A stretch of 63,808 nucleotides of DNA, filler included, from Hyphochytrium catenoides (lineage: Eukaryota > Protista > Hyphochytriomycota): the NCBI GenBank assembly GCA_900088475.1. It is 13 parts of 13 records of this genome, joined end to end, with 100 filler letters (N's around TTAATTAATTAA, not from the genome) between each part and the next. Parts side by side here need not be neighbours in the genome. Positions count along the whole stretch, not along the records: positions 62,731 to 63,808 come from FLMG01003250.1; 12 more parts are not named here. One strand, written 5' to 3'. Positions 62,731 through 63,808 of the stretch are shown piece by piece. The notes beneath the pieces were generated by a model. It did not search any database. It worked only from the letters and a program-made list of their open reading frames with translations, and was not told the origin of the DNA. Positions within the stretch are counted from its first letter, which is position 1, and each line of letters starts with the position of its first letter. A program made the translations under genes and the position numbers.

Positions 62731-63808
62731 TGTCAAGCCAAGAAGGGCATGGACGGACCTTGGAGGTCAGGAAGTCTGCGCACACTTGTCTTTCCAACAA
62801 TGTGCGCACGATAATCCTGACTGTTATTGGCAAAGTGACTCGAGTCAAAAGTGCGCAGAGTTCTCGTTGCGCCAGCCAAGACGTCGTTGACGTCTGATCC
62901 TTTTTCCCCGCCGTAAGTTCCTCTGGAGACGCGCCGCCTGCATTTTTGAACGCAGGAGGAAGGACAGAGAGCGAGGATGCACAGTTAAGAAGACGGAACA
63001 TATGCTTCGATCATCCTCCCATCAGTAAACCGAGATCGGGAGAGTGAGAGTAGGAGCGAGAGTAGAAGTCGCACCTCTTTCTGCCTACTGAGCTGTCAAG
63101 CTCCATATTGACGATAGTAACTACGGCCACTGTGGCGAGTTGCTGGAAAGGCTTGGATCAGCCGGAGCGGCGGTTACAAGATCCTGACAGAGCTTCCTTT
63201 GCACACAGAACCGTCCAAGTCTCCAAATAGGTTCCCCCGTCCCGAGGACGCGTTAAGAGAAATTGCACCGTCGAGAAGCTTGCCCGAAAACGCCTTCGAT
63301 GTTGCGTCGCAGGACCTGAGGCAACACTGGCAGCTTCAGTAAATCACTCCACAAATTGACAAGTTAAGCTACTTCCAAAGAAGCTGTGAAGGACCGAGAG
63401 CTGGTTCCTGCACACAGGCAACGAGATCAGAAAGACAGAGGCAAAATAGAGAAAACCGCCAAACCAAACCACCGAGACAGAGGATAGAGGTCTACAAGTT
63501 AGGTAGTCTAGAACGAAAGAAAGACGTAAGGCGGAGAAGTGACGGCAGCAGTCAGCGCAACTCCGTCTGCTTCTGCTGCTCCATCCAGGCTTTGAAAATG
63601 GCTCTGTCATCCCAATCGCATACCTTGGCACTTGAGGGGCTTAAGACCCGCTTATCCTTGCTAGTCTCAGCAGATCTGAAGAATGAACCTTCCTTCCTCG
63701 CTCTATTTGACTCTTCCCTCTTTGACCCGTGCTCCGCAGCGCCGTCAGGGGCCGTCAATGGCAGAAGCAGACTGATCAAAACGCCAAGACTGTCGCGCTT
63801 CGCTTCCC
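62731..63808 (-). CDS. Fragment of an unidentified intron-containing gene
   Basis: Exon-like segments bounded by donor sites (SAK|gtatgc, TSK|gtccgt) with helical sequence WLAQRELCALLTRVTLPITVRIIVRTLLERQ. The exon structure is unresolved. Confidence 0.35.

Noticed and set aside
1-63808. Functional gene cluster formed by neighbouring genes across the window
   Set aside because: Fragments are concatenated artificially, so only within-fragment adjacency is meaningful.
1-63808. tRNA, rRNA or CRISPR features
   Set aside because: None were recognisable by eye. tRNAscan-SE and Infernal would be needed to exclude small RNAs.

Overview
This window is not one locus. It is a pseudomolecule of 13 short eukaryotic draft-assembly fragments joined by 12 identical artificial 100-bp spacers (N44-TTAATTAATTAA-N44), so adjacency across spacers has no biological meaning. 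The DNA comes from an intron-rich protist with canonical GT-AG introns, the standard genetic code and very abundant (GA)n/(CT)n microsatellites. The gene set suggests a non-diatom stramenopile-like organism, but this is inference only. Recognisable genes, mostly truncated by fragment ends: WS/DGAT wax-ester synthase, a PPR protein, CAF-1 p60, a DOCK-C/D GEF, ADA2, an ABCA transporter, UTP6, probable RPC4 and PEX7. Mobile and repeat DNA: a ~353-bp satellite, a decayed CRE-like non-LTR retrotransposon, a solo LTR with target-site duplication, and Copia, chromovirus and Gypsy fragments. The leads most worth follow-up are: (i) introns with sense-strand (GA)n at the 5' end and (CT)n at the 3' end that could form intron-spanning hairpins; (ii) an intronless 28-aa ankyrin-like array with a fixed framework and hypervariable surface positions; (iii) a secreted ~19% Met, Asn-rich repeat protein; (iv) an orphan putative Ig-fold transcription factor. 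All identifications are by-eye motif recognition; no database search was run.
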